From assembly GCA_965248435.1 (NCBI GenBank), contig OZ252100.1, forward strand, positions 3,616,001 to 3,680,000: 64,000 nt of DNA, given 5' to 3'. The notes under the pieces are model-generated. The model saw only the letters and a list, made by a program, of their open reading frames with translations, had not been told where the DNA came from and did no database searches. Position numbers and translations under genes: made by a program. Source of the DNA: Candidatus Latescibacterota bacterium. GTDB lineage: Bacteria > Latescibacterota > UBA2968 > GCA-2709665. Positions 55,542 to 64,000 of this stretch are shown one piece after another. Each line of letters begins with the position of its first letter. The stretch's first letter is position 1.

Positions 55542-57497
55542 TTGAATCTGAAAGAGACCCAGAAATCGATCGAGGTTCTGGTCAAATACGAGAAAAAGAT
55601 CGGGCACAAAGGACCGGCCAGCGCCGATCTCCAGGCGGCGGTTGGCGATGGTGGAAGGGATGGGGTCTGGCGGCGCTATCTGTTGAACGGGTCGCATCTT
55701 GCCGACGTGGCGGGCTGGGTTGTGTTGCGTTCTGAAGATGGCGTGGCAACGCCATCCCTGGCCCTCACGGAAATTCGAAGGCTGGTCGAATCCGCCCACA
55801 AAAGTCCTCCCCGGTCCGCAGACGGGTTTCTCGGAAAATATCTGAATGAGCGGTCGAGTTTGCCGGCCTCTTTCAGGGAGAGACTCGACCGCCTCGCGAA
55901 GAAGGGCGAGAGGGAGATCCCGCTCTGTGCCGCGGGATTCGCTCGTGAGCTTGCGCGCCTCGGAAGGATCGGTGCCGAAGGTGCTGAGGCAGAGGTCCAT
56001 GCCCATTGGTATGCAGAGATTCTGGAGGGGCGTGTCCGGCTTCCAGAGGCACGAAGGGTCCCTGCGAAGATCACCAAGGCGGCGAAGCGCCTTACGGATC
56101 ATCTTCGATCCGTAGAGAGGGACAAAAGGATCGGGGAACGCACGGCATATGAGAGGTACGCGGGCGTCCTCAAGTCTCACGAGATGACCGATGTGACGGA
56201 CATCCTGATTCGGATGCACGGATCGAGGCCGGTGCTGGGCGTCGTCCAGATCGAGCCGTTCCTGAAACACTATTCAAAGGCGGAGACGCTGAATCGGCTG
56301 AGGCGGCTCATCGAGTGGTTTTCAGGGATCAACACGTGGAACAACGAAGGGGTTTCGCTCACCCCTAGGCTGATGGTATATCTCTCCCAAAAGAACGACT
56401 TCGAGTCCCTGCTTAAGCGAATGGATTTTCTGAGGGCGGCCCGGGATAGCGGGAAGTTTCACATCGACGATCCGCTCGCACGCGAGCTGGAGTTCCTGCG
56501 GTTCTCGGTCTACAACCGATTTACGCGTCATCCCAAGACGGATGAAGAGCTATATGAAATGTTCCAGGACCTCAAGCCGCTCCCTCCTCAGAAGGAGGTG
56601 CCGATTCGTCTCGACATGGATGAGATGCGCCAGGTGAAACGGACGGCTTATGAAGCATTCCTGTTTCTGGAGTTTTTGAAGGCGTTCAAGGCCCGCACGG
56701 AACGACACGTCGTGGTGATTGGAAACGATCGATACGGGCGACAGTGGGTGGTGGAGCCGATCGCGGAGCAACTCAAGGATGGGTTTTCCCTTCGTTACGA
56801 TCGCGTAGAATCGGGTCACGCATACCGTTTGAAGACGCCTCCGGTCTTTCCTGAGACGTTCGTGAGAGAGCTGAGCGACGGGATGCCTCACGTGGTGATC
56901 GTAGACGGCGCGAAGCCATTTCGGAAGCTGGAGAGAAAGATGCGGTTCTCGCGCTCGATGCGGGCCTACGCCAACTGGTTCTCGGTGTTCAACGACCTGC
57001 GTTCGGAAGGTGACGTGTCGAGTTTCGAAGCGGAGAGCGGCCTTCCGCCCTATCACGTGCGGGAACTGAAGCGGTGGCACGAGTTCACACGACTCCGTCG
57101 GCAGATGCGGGACTGGGTCACACCTGGAGAGACCTACAGCGTGAGAGTCTGGGCGCCGGAGTGGTACAGGCAGGTTCAACTCGGAGATGTTGAAATCGAG
57201 TACCAGCCGATCGACACGAAGGAAGACCGGCCGATGGTGGTGATGGCGAACTCGAACGTGTCAGGGGAGGATTGGAAGGGATTTCCGGCCGAGCTTCGGG
57301 GGACCCGGACCTATTATTTCGACGGCCCGGAGGACCTGGTGAAGGAGGAACTGGTGTTCGGGTTCGGCGATTACGGGGTGGAGACGCGCACTGTGGGACC
57401 GACGACGGTGGCGTTTATCGCCGAAGTCCGGAAGCAGATCGCGGCCGAGGTCGGTCGGCTGGTCGCAAGTGGGTGCGCACCGAAGGTCAGGATCTAG
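55542..57497 (+). CDS. Hypothetical protein (651 aa)
   Basis: Long ORF, TTG start after an AGGAG RBS, co-directional with its neighbours; no family recognised. Confidence 0.7.
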   Translation: MNLKETQKSIEVLVKYEKKIGHKGPASADLQAAVGDGGRDGVWRRYLLNGSHLADVAGWVVLRSEDGVATPSLALTEIRRLVESAHKSPPRSADGFLGKYLNERSSLPASFRERLDRLAKKGEREIPLCAAGFARELARLGRIGAEGAEAEVHAHWYAEILEGRVRLPEARRVPAKITKAAKRLTDHLRSVERDKRIGERTAYERYAGVLKSHEMTDVTDILIRMHGSRPVLGVVQIEPFLKHYSKAETLNRLRRLIEWFSGINTWNNEGVSLTPRLMVYLSQKNDFESLLKRMDFLRAARDSGKFHIDDPLARELEFLRFSVYNRFTRHPKTDEELYEMFQDLKPLPPQKEVPIRLDMDEMRQVKRTAYEAFLFLEFLKAFKARTERHVVVIGNDRYGRQWVVEPIAEQLKDGFSLRYDRVESGHAYRLKTPPVFPETFVRELSDGMPHVVIVDGAKPFRKLERKMRFSRSMRAYANWFSVFNDLRSEGDVSSFEAESGLPPYHVRELKRWHEFTRLRRQMRDWVTPGETYSVRVWAPEWYRQVQLGDVEIEYQPIDTKEDRPMVVMANSNVSGEDWKGFPAELRGTRTYYFDGPEDLVKEELVFGFGDYGVETRTVGPTTVAFIAEVRKQIAAEVGRLVASGCAPKVRI

Positions 57498-57555
57498 ACA
57501 TACGTATCTCGTATCTCGGGGCTTTTCGCTTTCACTCAAACTTGACGGGGATGAG

Positions 57556-58839
57556 ATGAGCAACGTACCGATGACGCGCCCGGAAGAGGCGCTCGCGATG
57601 CACGACATCACGCATCACTACGCGTGCGGCTATGTCGAACGGGCCGATGGCAGCATTCTCAAGATCTCTGGCACGAAGTTCACGACTTCAGACGACGGGG
57701 GAATCACCTGGTCGGACTACTATGAGTGTCACGATCCTGATGGCGAGCTGGTGCAGGGCCGATCTCTGGCGAGGTTGGAGGGGAACGCGATCGGGATCTC
57801 CAACGTAGTTAGCTCATCGGATTCGGATGTGTATAACTACATGTCATTCAGGCGCTCGGAAGACGGAGGCAAGACGTGGGGCCTCCCGCTTCGCGTTTCA
57901 CCGGAAGAGTTTTCCGTAGATGACTATCACGACACGATGATTCGGACCTCCTCGGGGCGTTTGATTATGCCGGTCTACACTTCACTGGGGCAGCGATCTG
58001 CCTCCAACGACATTCCAGGGCCCTGGCCGGGCAAGCTGGTGAAGGGGCAGTGGGTCTCGACGAACGCCCACTTCTTCGACATAGGGTTCTCCTGTTCATT
58101 CGTCTACTATTCAGATGACGACGGGGCGACCTGGCAGGCGAACAAGGACGGGAAGTTGCTGGTTAACCTGGACTACAGTGCCGTGTGCAGCTACTTGAAC
58201 GAGCCATCCGTCACTGAAGTAGAGCCGGGTACGCTTTTGCTGTTCCTGCGCTCCGGACTGGGTCGTCTGTTTCAGGCCTGGTCGTTTGACAATGGGGAGA
58301 CCTGGACGCGCCCCGAGCCGACGTCGCTTGCCACGTCGACGGCTCCGGGTCAGATCCGGACGCTGCCGAACGGACACCTGCTCGCGGTCTGGAACCAGCA
58401 GAGTCCGAAGGAGATCCGCCATGGCTATCACCGCTCACGGATCTCGACGGCAATCAGCCGGAACGGGGGGAGCGTGTGGGAGTTCTTCCAGAATGTGACG
58501 TCCCTCCACGAGGAGACGCGCGTGGAGCCGGGACCGATCGAGCCGGTCCGTCCCGAGGAGTATCATTACAACCCGGACATGCCTTCACCGGAACGTGAAG
58601 CGGAATATGTAACGCCGACGGATGAATATGGTGTGTGGACCTACCCGTCTGCGCTCGTGCTGAAGGACCGGGTGATCATTTCGCATCGCTACTACTACTA
58701 CAGCGAACACGAGACACGCGCGGAGCTGCTGAAGAACGGCGAACGCGATGGGTGGATTGAAAAGGTGAAGGTGCTGCCAATGTCCTGGCTCTATGGCGGC
58801 AAGGAGCCGGCTGATAGTCCACGCATCGCTGGGTCGTAA
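57556..58839 (+). CDS. Sialidase-fold (BNR/Asp-box) protein, paralog 5
   Basis: ATG at 57556 gives MSNVPMTRPEEALA; Asp boxes, NEPS and WTYPS. Confidence 0.82.
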   Translation: MSNVPMTRPEEALAMHDITHHYACGYVERADGSILKISGTKFTTSDDGGITWSDYYECHDPDGELVQGRSLARLEGNAIGISNVVSSSDSDVYNYMSFRRSEDGGKTWGLPLRVSPEEFSVDDYHDTMIRTSSGRLIMPVYTSLGQRSASNDIPGPWPGKLVKGQWVSTNAHFFDIGFSCSFVYYSDDDGATWQANKDGKLLVNLDYSAVCSYLNEPSVTEVEPGTLLLFLRSGLGRLFQAWSFDNGETWTRPEPTSLATSTAPGQIRTLPNGHLLAVWNQQSPKEIRHGYHRSRISTAISRNGGSVWEFFQNVTSLHEETRVEPGPIEPVRPEEYHYNPDMPSPEREAEYVTPTDEYGVWTYPSALVLKDRVIISHRYYYYSEHETRAELLKNGERDGWIEKVKVLPMSWLYGGKEPADSPRIAGS

Positions 58840-58887
58840 ACTCCAAGTCTGGATTAAATTCTAACGCTAAAACTCGAGAGGGATGAG

Positions 58888-60186
58888 ATGAGCAACGTAC
58901 CGATGACGCGCCCGGAAGAAGCGCTCGCGATGCACGACATCACGCATCACTACGCGTGCGGCTATGTCGAACGGGCCGATGGCAGCATTCTCAAGATCTC
59001 TGGCACGAAGTTCACGACTTCAGACGACGGGGGAATCACCTGGTCGGACTACTATGAGTGTCACGATCCTGATGGCGAGCTGGTGCAGGGCCGATCTCTG
59101 GCGAGGTTGGAGGGGAACGCGATCGGGATCTCCAACGTGGTTAGCGCACCGCAGGATCCGGATGTGTATAACTACATGTCATTCAGGCGCTCGGAAGACG
59201 GAGGCAAGACGTGGGGCCTTCCGCTTCGCGTTTCACCAGATGTCTATTCGGTCTCGGACTACCACGACACGATGATTCGCACTTCCTCGGGCCGTCTGAT
59301 CATGCCGGTCTACTGTGGGATGGGACAGCGGACGGCTCCGAACGATATCCCCGGACCGTGGGGCGGCAAGCTGGTGAAGGGGCAGTGGGTCTCGGTAGGT
59401 GCCCACATTTTTGACATGGGGTTCTACTGTTCGTTCGTCTACTATTCCGACGACGACGGGGCGACCTGGGAAAAGAGCAAGAACGAGGAACTGCTCGTCT
59501 ACCTCGACTACGGCACGGTCGTCAGCTACGCGAACGAGCCGTCCGTGACGGAGGTGGAACCGGGAACGCTGCTGATGTTCCTGCGCACCGGTGTCGGGCG
59601 TCTGTTTCAAGCCTGGTCGTATGACAACGGGGAGACCTGGACGCGTCCCGAACCGACGTCGCTTGCCACGTCGACGGCGCCAGGTCAGATCCGGACACTG
59701 CCGAACGGCCATCTGTTGGCGGTCTGGAATCAGCAGAGTCCAGAGGAGGTCCGGCGTGGCTACATTCGGTCGCGTATCTCAACGGCGATCAGCCGGAACG
59801 GAGGGAGCGTGTGGGAGTTCTTCCAGAATGTGACGTCGCTGCACGAGGAGACACGCGTGGAGCCGGGGCCGATCGAACCGGTTCGTCAGGAAGAGTACCA
59901 CTACAGGCCGGACATGCCGGCGCCTGAGCGTAGGGCGGAGTATGTGACACCTGCCGATGAATACGGGGTGTGGACCTATCCGTCCGTGCTGGTTCTGAAG
60001 GACCGGGTGATCATTTCGCATCGCTACTACCTCTATACCGAGCACGAAACGCGCGCGGAGCTGCTCAAGAATGGGGAGCGAAACGACTGGATCGAAAAGG
60101 TGAAGGTGCTTCCGTTGTCGTGGCTGTATGGCGGCAAGGATCCGGCAGACAATCCGAACAATAAGATTTCCTGGTCGGGATTCTAG
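58888..60186 (+). CDS. Sialidase-fold (BNR/Asp-box) protein, paralog 6
   Basis: Same motifs; the 5' part is nearly identical in DNA to paralog 5. Confidence 0.82.
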   Translation: MSNVPMTRPEEALAMHDITHHYACGYVERADGSILKISGTKFTTSDDGGITWSDYYECHDPDGELVQGRSLARLEGNAIGISNVVSAPQDPDVYNYMSFRRSEDGGKTWGLPLRVSPDVYSVSDYHDTMIRTSSGRLIMPVYCGMGQRTAPNDIPGPWGGKLVKGQWVSVGAHIFDMGFYCSFVYYSDDDGATWEKSKNEELLVYLDYGTVVSYANEPSVTEVEPGTLLMFLRTGVGRLFQAWSYDNGETWTRPEPTSLATSTAPGQIRTLPNGHLLAVWNQQSPEEVRRGYIRSRISTAISRNGGSVWEFFQNVTSLHEETRVEPGPIEPVRQEEYHYRPDMPAPERRAEYVTPADEYGVWTYPSVLVLKDRVIISHRYYLYTEHETRAELLKNGERNDWIEKVKVLPLSWLYGGKDPADNPNNKISWSGF

Positions 60187-60226
60187 GCTGATGCTTCGCA
60201 GGTTTATTTAACGTGAGAGGGTAAAA

Positions 60227-61525
60227 ATGAGCAACGTACCGATGACACGTCCTGAAGAGGCGCTCGCGATGCACGATATCTCGTATCACTTCGCGTGCGG
60301 CTACGTCGAACGTGCCGATGGCAGCGTTCTGAAGATCTCGGGCACGAAGTTCTCGACGTCGGACGACGGGGGGATCACCTGGTCGGAGCCCTATGAATGT
60401 AGAGATTCTAATGGAGAGCTGGTGCAGGGCCGGTCCTTGGCGAGGCTGGAGGGGAACGCGATTGGGATGACCAACTGCGATCAACTCCCATCGGAGGGAC
60501 AAGGAGCAAAAGTTTGTGAGACGTTCCGGCGATCTGAGGATGGGGGAAAGACGTGGGGGCTTCCGCTTCGCCTATCACCTGATTTCATTACGGTCGCAGA
60601 CTACCACGACACGATGATTCGGACCTCCTCGGGACGCCTGGTCGTACCGGTCTACTGCTCGCTAGGACAGGGGTCCGCCGCGAACGATATTCCCGGTCCC
60701 TGGCCGGGAAAGCTGGTAAGAGGGCAGTGGGTTTCCACGAACGCCCACTTTTTTGATATGGGGTTCTCCTGTTCGTTCGTCTACCTTTCAGACGATGACG
60801 GGGCGACCTGGCAGACGAACAAGGATGGGGAACTCCTCGTCTATCTCGACTACGGCACCGTCGTCAGCTACCTGAACGAGCCGTCCGTCACCGAAGTGGA
60901 GCCAGGAGTCCTTCTGATGTTCCTGCGCTCCGGTGTCGGACGTCTGTTTCAGGCCTGGTCGTTTGACAACGGAGATACGTGGACGCGCCCCGAGCCGACC
61001 TCTCTCGCGACGTCGACGGCCCCGGGTCAGATCCGGACGCTGCCGAACGGTCACCTGCTTGCGGTCTGGAACCAGCAGGGCCCAGACGAGATCCGGCGCG
61101 GCTATCACCGGTCTCGGATCTCGACCGCGATCAGCAGGAACGGGGGGAGCGTGTGGGAGTTCTTCCAGAATGTGACGTCGTTGCACGAAGAAACGCGCGT
61201 CGAGCCCGGCCCGATCGAGCCGGTGCGTCCAGAGGAGCATCATTACGATCCGGACATCCCTGCGCCGGAGCGCGAAGCGGAGTATGTGACCCCTACGGAC
61301 GAATATGGCGTGTGGACCTATCCCTCTGCTCTGGTGCTGAAGGACCGGGTGATCATTTCCCATCGCTATTACCTCTACAGCGAGCACGAGACCCGCGCGC
61401 AGCTGATCAAGACGAATCCAAACGAGGATTTTCACGGGTTTATCGAGAAGGTGAAAGTATTGCCGATGTCGTGGCTCTATGGCGGCAAAGAGCCGGCTGA
61501 CCATCCCCGCATCATGGGAAGCTAG
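60227..61525 (+). CDS. Sialidase-fold (BNR/Asp-box) protein, paralog 7
   Basis: Same start peptide, Asp boxes, NEPS and WTYPS as the other paralogs. Confidence 0.82.
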   Translation: MSNVPMTRPEEALAMHDISYHFACGYVERADGSVLKISGTKFSTSDDGGITWSEPYECRDSNGELVQGRSLARLEGNAIGMTNCDQLPSEGQGAKVCETFRRSEDGGKTWGLPLRLSPDFITVADYHDTMIRTSSGRLVVPVYCSLGQGSAANDIPGPWPGKLVRGQWVSTNAHFFDMGFSCSFVYLSDDDGATWQTNKDGELLVYLDYGTVVSYLNEPSVTEVEPGVLLMFLRSGVGRLFQAWSFDNGDTWTRPEPTSLATSTAPGQIRTLPNGHLLAVWNQQGPDEIRRGYHRSRISTAISRNGGSVWEFFQNVTSLHEETRVEPGPIEPVRPEEHHYDPDIPAPEREAEYVTPTDEYGVWTYPSALVLKDRVIISHRYYLYSEHETRAQLIKTNPNEDFHGFIEKVKVLPMSWLYGGKEPADHPRIMGS

Positions 61526-61536
61526 GGACGTCCTAG

Positions 61537-62478
61537 ATGACCGAAGTTCTCACCGAATCCATCAAAGATAAACGCGCCTGGACGGCGAAAACCGCCGACC
61601 CACAGGAAGCTTGGACCACAGTTCTGTCCGAAGCGTGTTTTGAGGAGCTGGTGAGAACCGCGCAGGGGGTGGAGGGACCGACGACGGAGATCCGCGTCCG
61701 ACAGGAGGACCTTTCCCTAAGTAGATCCGCTCTCGCTCCGGTCTCGGAGGCGATCGAATCAGGCCGGGGATTCGCGGTGATCGACAGGGTACCGCTGGAG
61801 AACCGCTCGACAGAGGAGGTCGTGCGGATCTACTGGCTGATCGGTCAGATCCTGGGGGACCCGTTCGACCAGGACATCAAGGGGACGCTGCTTTACGATG
61901 TGACGGACACCGGCCAAAACGTTGCAGAAGGGGCCCGGTTCTCCGTCACCAACGCGGAGAGCACCTTCCATACCGACGGGGCGTTCAACCCGCACGTGCC
62001 CGACATTGTCGGACTGCTGTGTCTTCAGACGGCCAAGTCGGGTGGCGAAAGCCAGCTCGTGAGCGCGGTTGCGGTTCACAACGCGCTGCTCGAAAATCAC
62101 AAGGAGGTTCTGGAGAGGCTGTATGACGTCTTCTGCTTCGACCGCAGGGGCCAGTTCCGCGAGGGGGAGGACCCGTTTACGGAGACGCCGATCTATCGCT
62201 GGGACGGGTCGGAGCTGATCCACCGTTACATGAATTTGTACGTTGAGGTGGGCCATCGGCTTGCTGAGAGACCGCTGACTGCGGATCGGGAGGCGGCGCT
62301 TGAGATGATGGAGAGATTGGTGCAGCGAGAGGACTTGAGGGTCGAGTTCAGCCTGGAGCGAGGGCAGATGCTCTTCACGAACAACCGATGGATTCTGCAC
62401 AACCGCACGGCCTTCGAGGATCATCCTGAGCCTGAGAAGCGGCGGTACTATGTCAGGCTGTGGCTGAGCAGGAAGTGA
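61537..62478 (+). CDS. TauD/TfdA-family Fe(II)/2OG dioxygenase
   Basis: GRGFAVI, FHTDG, VGLLCLQTAKSGGESQLVS, NNRWILHNRTAFED and RYYVRLWL motifs. Confidence 0.9.
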   Translation: MTEVLTESIKDKRAWTAKTADPQEAWTTVLSEACFEELVRTAQGVEGPTTEIRVRQEDLSLSRSALAPVSEAIESGRGFAVIDRVPLENRSTEEVVRIYWLIGQILGDPFDQDIKGTLLYDVTDTGQNVAEGARFSVTNAESTFHTDGAFNPHVPDIVGLLCLQTAKSGGESQLVSAVAVHNALLENHKEVLERLYDVFCFDRRGQFREGEDPFTETPIYRWDGSELIHRYMNLYVEVGHRLAERPLTADREAALEMMERLVQREDLRVEFSLERGQMLFTNNRWILHNRTAFEDHPEPEKRRYYVRLWLSRK

Positions 62479-62495
62479 AACCAGGGGAGAAACCG

Positions 62496-63977
62496 ATGTA
62501 CGACTATGAGAAGTATCCTCCGATCATCTATGCGGACGATTTCGCAGATCGCCAGAACATCAGCTGGCGGGTCGAGCCGGCCAGGAAGCACGAAACCAAT
62601 CCGCTGCTCGAGCCGAAATTTCCGTGGGACAGCGCCAGCCCCTGCGGCGGTCACGGAACGATCCTGAAAGACCCGATCGACGGTGTCTTCAAGGCGTGGG
62701 TCGTCGGCATCGAGGAAGATTTGTCTTACGATGGAAGCGGGCCGCTGGGCTACCGGCTCGTCCACCTTCGGTCCGAAGACGGGGTCGATTGGGAACGCCC
62801 GGAGCTGGACGTCTGTCCGGTCGAGGGCCACTCGAGGACAAACATCCTCCTGGATTACGACACCGGCGGACGGACGACCTACGCTTCGGTGTTCGTCGAT
62901 CCGGAGGCGAATCCGGATGAGCCATACGAGATGTTCTGCTTTCGCGACGCCGCCCTGAACTGCCCTGCCGGTCTCGTGGCCGGGTTCGGTCCGGACGCGG
63001 TACCGGGCCGCCAGTCGTATCGCTACCGTTCCGTGGACGGGATCCACTGGCGCCCGGACCAGGGCCCGGTTCCGATCTCGAGCGCGGATACGCTCTACGT
63101 TCACAAGGCGTCGGACGGGACGTACGTCTGCCATCACAAGTACTCGATCCCGATGTACCCGGGCGGCAGGGCCGCGTTCGATGTCGCCGGGAGCAAATGC
63201 CGGATCGGGTGGCAGGCAAGGAGTGAGGATGGCTACAACTGGTCGGAGTCGATCCCGATGATGGTCCCGGATTCGCTCGACGCGCAGGGTGACCAGATCA
63301 TGGAGGTGGGCCGCTATCCGTACAACGACGGTTACATCGGCCTGACGGCGATTTTCAACGGCATCCACCAGGAGATGCATCTTCAGCTTGCGGTTTCTCC
63401 TACCGGCCTTCCGATCAAGACCTACCCGCCCTACTCAGACAGCGGCTGGTGGCGGCCGTCCCGCCGCCCCGCGCTCGGATTGGAGCCGCTCGGCGATTAC
63501 GGCGGGGGACAGATCTGGCCCACGCGAACACTCGTCGAGGATGGGGACGAACTCGTGATTTTTTACGGCGCCCTGGAGGGTGTCCACGGAGACCTGTATT
63601 CGAGAGAGCCGGGCATGCTGCACTTCTATGGGGCCCTGTGCCGGGCCTCGTGGGAGAAGGGACGCATGTGGGCAGCAGTTCCGGCCTCGGGCGGACACAG
63701 AGAAGCGATGCTCGAGACGCAACCGATGGAGGACACTGAGGGAAAGAAGCTGATTGTGAACGCGGTCACTCGGCCCGACGGGTTCGTGATGGCAGAACTG
63801 GTAGACGCGCGCGGCGAAGTAATTCCAGGGTTCGGTCGGGATGATTGCCAGGGACTGAGCGGCGATCACAAGTGCGCGGTTCTCTCGTGGAAAGGCGGCG
63901 AGGCCTGCCCTTCGAGCGGTCACCAGCTACGCATCTTTCTGATGCGCGCGAGGCTTTACGGGTTCGCGTGGCAGTAG
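62496..63977 (+). CDS. Uncharacterised beta-propeller glycoside-hydrolase-like protein, paralog 4 (divergent)
   Basis: SWRVE..NPLLEPKFPWD, GTILKDPIDG, SEDGVDW, PLGDYGGG, GALCRASW and LYGFAW; ATG at 62496 follows GGGGAG. Confidence 0.7.
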   Translation: MYDYEKYPPIIYADDFADRQNISWRVEPARKHETNPLLEPKFPWDSASPCGGHGTILKDPIDGVFKAWVVGIEEDLSYDGSGPLGYRLVHLRSEDGVDWERPELDVCPVEGHSRTNILLDYDTGGRTTYASVFVDPEANPDEPYEMFCFRDAALNCPAGLVAGFGPDAVPGRQSYRYRSVDGIHWRPDQGPVPISSADTLYVHKASDGTYVCHHKYSIPMYPGGRAAFDVAGSKCRIGWQARSEDGYNWSESIPMMVPDSLDAQGDQIMEVGRYPYNDGYIGLTAIFNGIHQEMHLQLAVSPTGLPIKTYPPYSDSGWWRPSRRPALGLEPLGDYGGGQIWPTRTLVEDGDELVIFYGALEGVHGDLYSREPGMLHFYGALCRASWEKGRMWAAVPASGGHREAMLETQPMEDTEGKKLIVNAVTRPDGFVMAELVDARGEVIPGFGRDDCQGLSGDHKCAVLSWKGGEACPSSGHQLRIFLMRARLYGFAWQ

Positions 63978-64000
63978 GTTGTTCGAATTTCCAAACACAT

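Noticed and set aside
1837-57517. Intergenic repeats as a CRISPR array
   Set aside because: There is no run of constant repeats with unique, equal-length spacers and no cas genes; the repeats are dispersed or short-period tandem.
48004-61525. Diversity-generating retroelement acting on the paralog array
   Set aside because: No reverse transcriptase is in the window, differences are not adenine-specific, and no TR/VR pair was seen. The four-helix-bundle remnant resembles IVP proteins and does not imply Avd.
96-63923. Long antisense and alternate-frame ORFs (for example 96-1934, 11143-12339, 22754-24070, 50774-52063, 52472-54055)
   Set aside because: They are shadows of GC-rich coding genes, fully overlap well-supported CDSs and lack recognisable motifs.
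43040-63977. Integron cassette array
   Set aside because: No integrase and no consistent attC-like sites between genes; the genes are paralogs with host-like composition.

Overview
GC-rich bacterial window, almost entirely + strand, devoted to uptake and catabolism. The gene content suggests an FCB-superphylum candidate lineage such as Latescibacterota; this is inference, as no marker gene is present. The left half encodes envelope proteins: three DUF6785/DUF6784 OPT-like membrane proteins, a TonB-dependent receptor / CTD-bearing secreted protein / PorV-like barrel triad, a 1521-aa degenerate-M28 + FtsX fusion, and an OPT-like transporter with an inserted Ig/FN3-like domain. It also holds a split aconitase X and two atypical PIG-L proteins. 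The right half is a long catabolic cluster with tandem paralog arrays: seven signal-less sialidase-fold (Asp-box) proteins, four other beta-propeller proteins and two D-2-hydroxyacid dehydrogenases. Alongside them are GGT, an M81 peptidase, Gfo/Idh/MocA oxidoreductases, an RraA-like aldolase, an amidohydrolase, TauD and a GH42-like protein. Two complete IS elements (IS30 and IS481 families) each sit inside a small intergenic repeat. Intergenic DNA is rich in REP-like palindromes, a MITE-like element and 7-8 bp tandem arrays; one pair of arrays flanks a probable four-helix-bundle gene remnant. No rRNA, tRNA or CRISPR array was seen. All family calls come from reading motifs by eye; no searches were run.
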